A stretch of DNA of 64,000 nt from Candidatus Methylomirabilales bacterium (GTDB taxonomy: Bacteria > Methylomirabilota > Methylomirabilia > Methylomirabilales > CSP1-5), in assembly GCA_046758505.1 (NCBI GenBank), contig JBHIAH010000003.1, forward strand, positions 32,001 to 96,000. Reading direction: 5' to 3'. A model generated the notes under the pieces. The model searched no databases. It had not been told where the DNA came from and saw nothing but the letters and a program-made list of their open reading frames with translations. The translations under genes and the position numbers were made by a program. This document shows, in pieces, positions 61,025 through 64,000 of this stretch (positions within the stretch are counted from its first letter, which is position 1; each line of letters starts with the position of its first letter).

Positions 61025-61241
61025 TTGTAGGTAGATCCGCCGCCCATATCCGGCCCCCGTTCATCTGAATGCAGACAAGATTCTGGAACTGGCCAAACTT
61101 GCCCTCAAAAGAATCCGGGTCGAAGAGTATTACGATTCCTGTCTCGTGCAAGAAGGCATCAGCGATGGGATATTCGACTTCGATGGTTTGGGATCCCACC
61201 GTGAGTTGCTTGCCTACGAAGGTAACGTCTCCCATTCTCAT
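61025..61241 (-). pseudogene. Putative immunity gene truncated at the transposase-element end
   Basis: MRMGDVTFVG...LFDPD...GQFQNL...WAADLPT, then runs into duplicated junction/IR; ATGA-coupled to upstream toxin tip. Confidence 0.6.
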
Positions 61242-61440
61242 TGGAATGGCACCCCCGGTCCGAAGTTCGAGCTTGGAATGTTGTCGAGCAACATGAACTG
61301 CTCTGCACCCCCAAGTCGACCAAATTCCCGTACCCGCCGCGCGCGTGAACGCTGAAGCCACGTTCTAGCAGGTACGAGTACCTCTTAGATAAATTCTGCA
61401 TTTCCTTGGGCGCAGCATAGCTCAGGTGGGGCGAGAAAGC
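61238..61440 (-). pseudogene. Orphan toxin C-terminal tip with in-frame TAA
   Basis: GNAEFI*EVLVPARTWLQRSRA...FGRLGGAEQFMLLDNIPSSNFGPGVPFQ*; TAA at 61385-61387; 5' limit approximate. Confidence 0.5.
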
Positions 61441-61718
61441 AATCCCGCCCGGAGTCAGCAGTAACCTTTTCTGGAACACATTCCGATGGGACCACTGGAA
61501 ATTGATAGACCAATCGGTGGCGGGTCTTGCGCTGCGCCGTCAGATGATACGCGGCGCCGGGGAATTCCGTGCGGAGGGGCCGAGTCGTGGGCAGAAGCTA
61601 CTCTCGTGCCCCTATCAACCGCTCGGGATCACCGGCCAAACCGTGTGCCACTGAGCCCCTCCGGGAGCTACCGCAGGTGGATCTCTTTGCCCGACACAGC
61701 AAAGGTGCCGGTGCTGTT

Positions 61719-62741
61719 TCAGTTTCCGCTGGTGCAGATCTGGATGTTGTCAACGCCCATGTGCAAGAAGTTCTGGTTGTCCACCTCGGCGAATCGGAGG
61801 CGGACCGTCCGGCCCGCGAAGGTGCTGAGGTCGACCATCATCGTTTGATACCCGCTGACCAGCGGATCGCCGGGCTGGGGAAGAAAGATATTCTGCAAGA
61901 CCCCGGCACCCACGTCATCCTCGGGGGCGGCCGGGTCCATGAGATCAATGCGGACATGCTGGTTCGGGCCTCCCGTGAAGTCGAGCGTCTCGGGGGAAGG
62001 GACGACCCAGGCACTGGCGCGGTTTCCGACGAACAGCGCAAAGGTTAATACGGTGGAGGCCGGCGGAAGGGCGACGTCTTGGAACAGGATGTGGCTCCCC
62101 GGGGCGCCCTGGTCCGTCATGGCCGCCTGTGTCCCCTCCGGGGGGGCAGGTACTTCATGTCCACTGACCGGTGAGGATACGCCCGCCTGGACGAACCATG
62201 AGCCACCAGCTGCACCTTGATCGACCACGGTCCAGCCCACGAGGGCGCCCGGGTCATTCTCAAATGCGCCGTTCGAAACATTGACGCAGGCCAGGACCGT
62301 GAACGGGGTGGGCGAGACCGCCGACCCCAAGGGGGTGGTCAGCCTGATGGGGCCTGTCGTGGCGCCGTCCGGGACCTGGGTCGTGAGGAAATCGGGAGTG
62401 GCGGCCAGGACGGGGGCGGCGACGCCATTAAAGGATCGTATTCTGGGCGGGCGTCTCGCTGAACCCGGTGCCCACGATTCTCACCTGCCGCCGATGGGCC
62501 CTTCGGGCGGCTTCACGAGAGCAATCACCACCGGCCCGGTCGTCTGCGGCCGCCGAATGGCCAGAATATTCCCCACCGCGTCGTACTCGTAGACGGCCGT
62601 CCCCCCCTGCGGGTCTACCACCGCAATGAGGCGCCCCAGATCATCATAGACGTACCGAATCTCCTGCCCGTGAGTAGCTTGGACTCCCAGCAGCAGAATC
62701 AGCCCGACAACGAATATGAATTTTCCTCTAGTCAGCTGCAT
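61719..62741 (-). pseudogene. Secreted YD-repeat + IPT/TIG protein (Rhs N-terminus) with two frameshifts
   Basis: Signal peptide, YVYDDLGRL...YEYDAVGN; IPT text VRIVGTGFS...NTI/FNG...VPDGATTGPI split across frames near 62485 and 62432. Confidence 0.72.
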
Positions 62742-62836
62742 ATGCAGTCACACTGTCGCAACTAAATACCAGGAAAAGCAGCATGTCACCTTTTTCCAGT
62801 TACACCCATCCACCGACGGAGCATCCAGGAAACGTC

Positions 62837-63337
62837 CTAAGAGTCAATTAATTCATCCCTAGCACTTATATTTTCCCCTCTAACCCTAAATGAGGGATCC
62901 TCAATGTGAAATATGTTGCAAAAAATGCCCTCAACTAAATGGAGTGCGAGTTCTATATTTGAATGGCAATCGATATCAATGAACTCCGTCACTGTCTCGG
63001 AATCTACCGGCTGAACTCGAAACGGAATATTCTGACTCCGAAGAAAGTCTTTTAACTTCTCATAGTATGTCTCTGACCATGAGGCTCGTGGAAAACTCAA
63101 CTCAAGCCCGATGTTCCCTTTGTCTTTAATGTATTTTGCATACTGGACGAATTTTTCAGATTTCATGTCTTCGATAATAATGAATCCACCATCATACCCC
63201 CGTTTCAAGAGTGCATGGAGATGGACTCGAATTTGTGGCAAGGTGACGTTCTTATGATAATGAGGCCGATTGGCCATTATCATGAGGAGTACAACAATAC
63301 CAAGCGCTATAAGCGCGGCGAAAAGTAAATATGTCAT
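62837..63337 (-). CDS. Putative immunity protein with N-terminal TM anchor
   Basis: AT-rich; directly downstream of the Rhs toxin. Confidence 0.7.
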   Translation of the reverse strand: MTYLLFAALIALGIVVLLMIMANRPHYHKNVTLPQIRVHLHALLKRGYDGGFIIIEDMKSEKFVQYAKYIKDKGNIGLELSFPRASWSETYYEKLKDFLRSQNIPFRVQPVDSETVTEFIDIDCHSNIELALHLVEGIFCNIFHIEDPSFRVRGENISARDELIDS

Positions 63338-63356
63338 TATGATTCACCCGGTCCGG

Positions 63357-64000
63357 TCAGAACAAGGCTCCAAAAATTTGGCCAACACTCTGCCCCCATG
63401 CCTGCGGTCCTGTATATGCTGGAGGCTTTTCAACGCCGTACTTCCCCCCCGCGAACCCTTGTGCAAAGCCGGTTGCGAATTGAGAGGCTATCGACTCTGT
63501 AAATCGATTTATCTTGGGAACGTAACGTCCGCTTACAGGATCGAATGGCTCTAGCTTTCCACCGCCACCTATTTTCTTCGGATATATTGCGAAGAATTTA
63601 GCTAGTATCTTTTGAAGGCTTTTAGGAAAGACCCTAGGAAGACCCCTTGCGGGGAACTGTACGATGCCTGGGCCCGGGAGCATGTCAGTGGGATCGCAGA
63701 TAGATTCCCGGACGAAGTCCTTTAACTGTACGCCTAGCCTCTTCAGTAAGGACCCCTTTCGGCCAGGATCCGCGGGAGGTAAATCGGGCTGACACCCCGG
63801 CGGCCTAGGAAAAATGATAGCCAGACCGATTGGATCCGTCAGGTTAACAGGGGTATTAAGGACATATGCATAAAAGTTGGTGTCGCCACTGGCAAACTGG
63901 ATTGGATCCTCACTTACAAATCTCTGTAAAGCTGGGTGATAATACCTCGCCCGATAATGATACAGACCAGTCCCATCGTTCTCTCGCCCCGTGAACTGAA
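63357..64000 (-). CDS. Rhs-core protein C-terminus with toxin domain (5' part outside window)
   Basis: Manual translation QFTGRENDGTGLYHYRARYYHPALQRFVSEDPI...YAYVLNTPVNLTDPIGL, in frame with ORF 63357..63683. Confidence 0.92.
   Translation of the reverse strand, partial: QFTGRENDGTGLYHYRARYYHPALQRFVSEDPIQFASGDTNFYAYVLNTPVNLTDPIGLAIIFPRPPGCQPDLPPADPGRKGSLLKRLGVQLKDFVRESICDPTDMLPGPGIVQFPARGLPRVFPKSLQKILAKFFAIYPKKIGGGGKLEPFDPVSGRYVPKINRFTESIASQFATGFAQGFAGGKYGVEKPPAYTGPQAWGQSVGQIFGALF

Noticed and set aside
62481..62483. Selenocysteine/readthrough TGA joining the two same-frame ORFs
   Set aside because: IPT-domain residues lie in a shifted frame across this segment, so frameshifts explain it better

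Overview
GC-rich bacterial chromosomal window. Gene content and the intergenic heptamer repeats are compatible with a Methylomirabilota/NC10-like or related lineage, but this is an unverified inference. (1) 1-16.4 kb: hopanoid/isoprenoid cluster (hpnN partial, hpnM, TolC, mlaDFE, CruF-like, hpnH, hpnG, flippase-like, hpnA, ispA, hpnD, two Zn-dehydrogenases, ispH). (2) 17-32 kb: accessory block with ferritin, a CHASE-PAS kinase/NarL pair plus split NarL paralogs, a JmjC enzyme, an RhlA/PhaG-like hydrolase, a P450, D-LDH, an EEP nuclease and LigD-PE. (3) 32-38 kb: peptide ABC genes and an aminotransferase, bracketed by a 103-bp inverted repeat. (4) 38.6-55 kb: comM and yraN separated by insertions. 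These include a Y1/HUH transposase with inverted repeats and stuttered junctions, TPR and FRG cargo inside a 220-bp direct repeat, an S8 protease/stand-alone prodomain/exosortase trio and an RND pump. (5) 55-59.7 kb: ffh-rpsP-khpA-rimM-trmD-rplS-rnhB. (6) 59.9-64 kb: a second IR-flanked Y1 transposase abutting Rhs toxin/immunity modules. The best novelty candidates are the IR-bounded HUH elements with iterated junction copies next to defence/toxin cargo, and the protease-inhibitor-sortase trio. All family calls come from motif recognition by eye; no searches were run.
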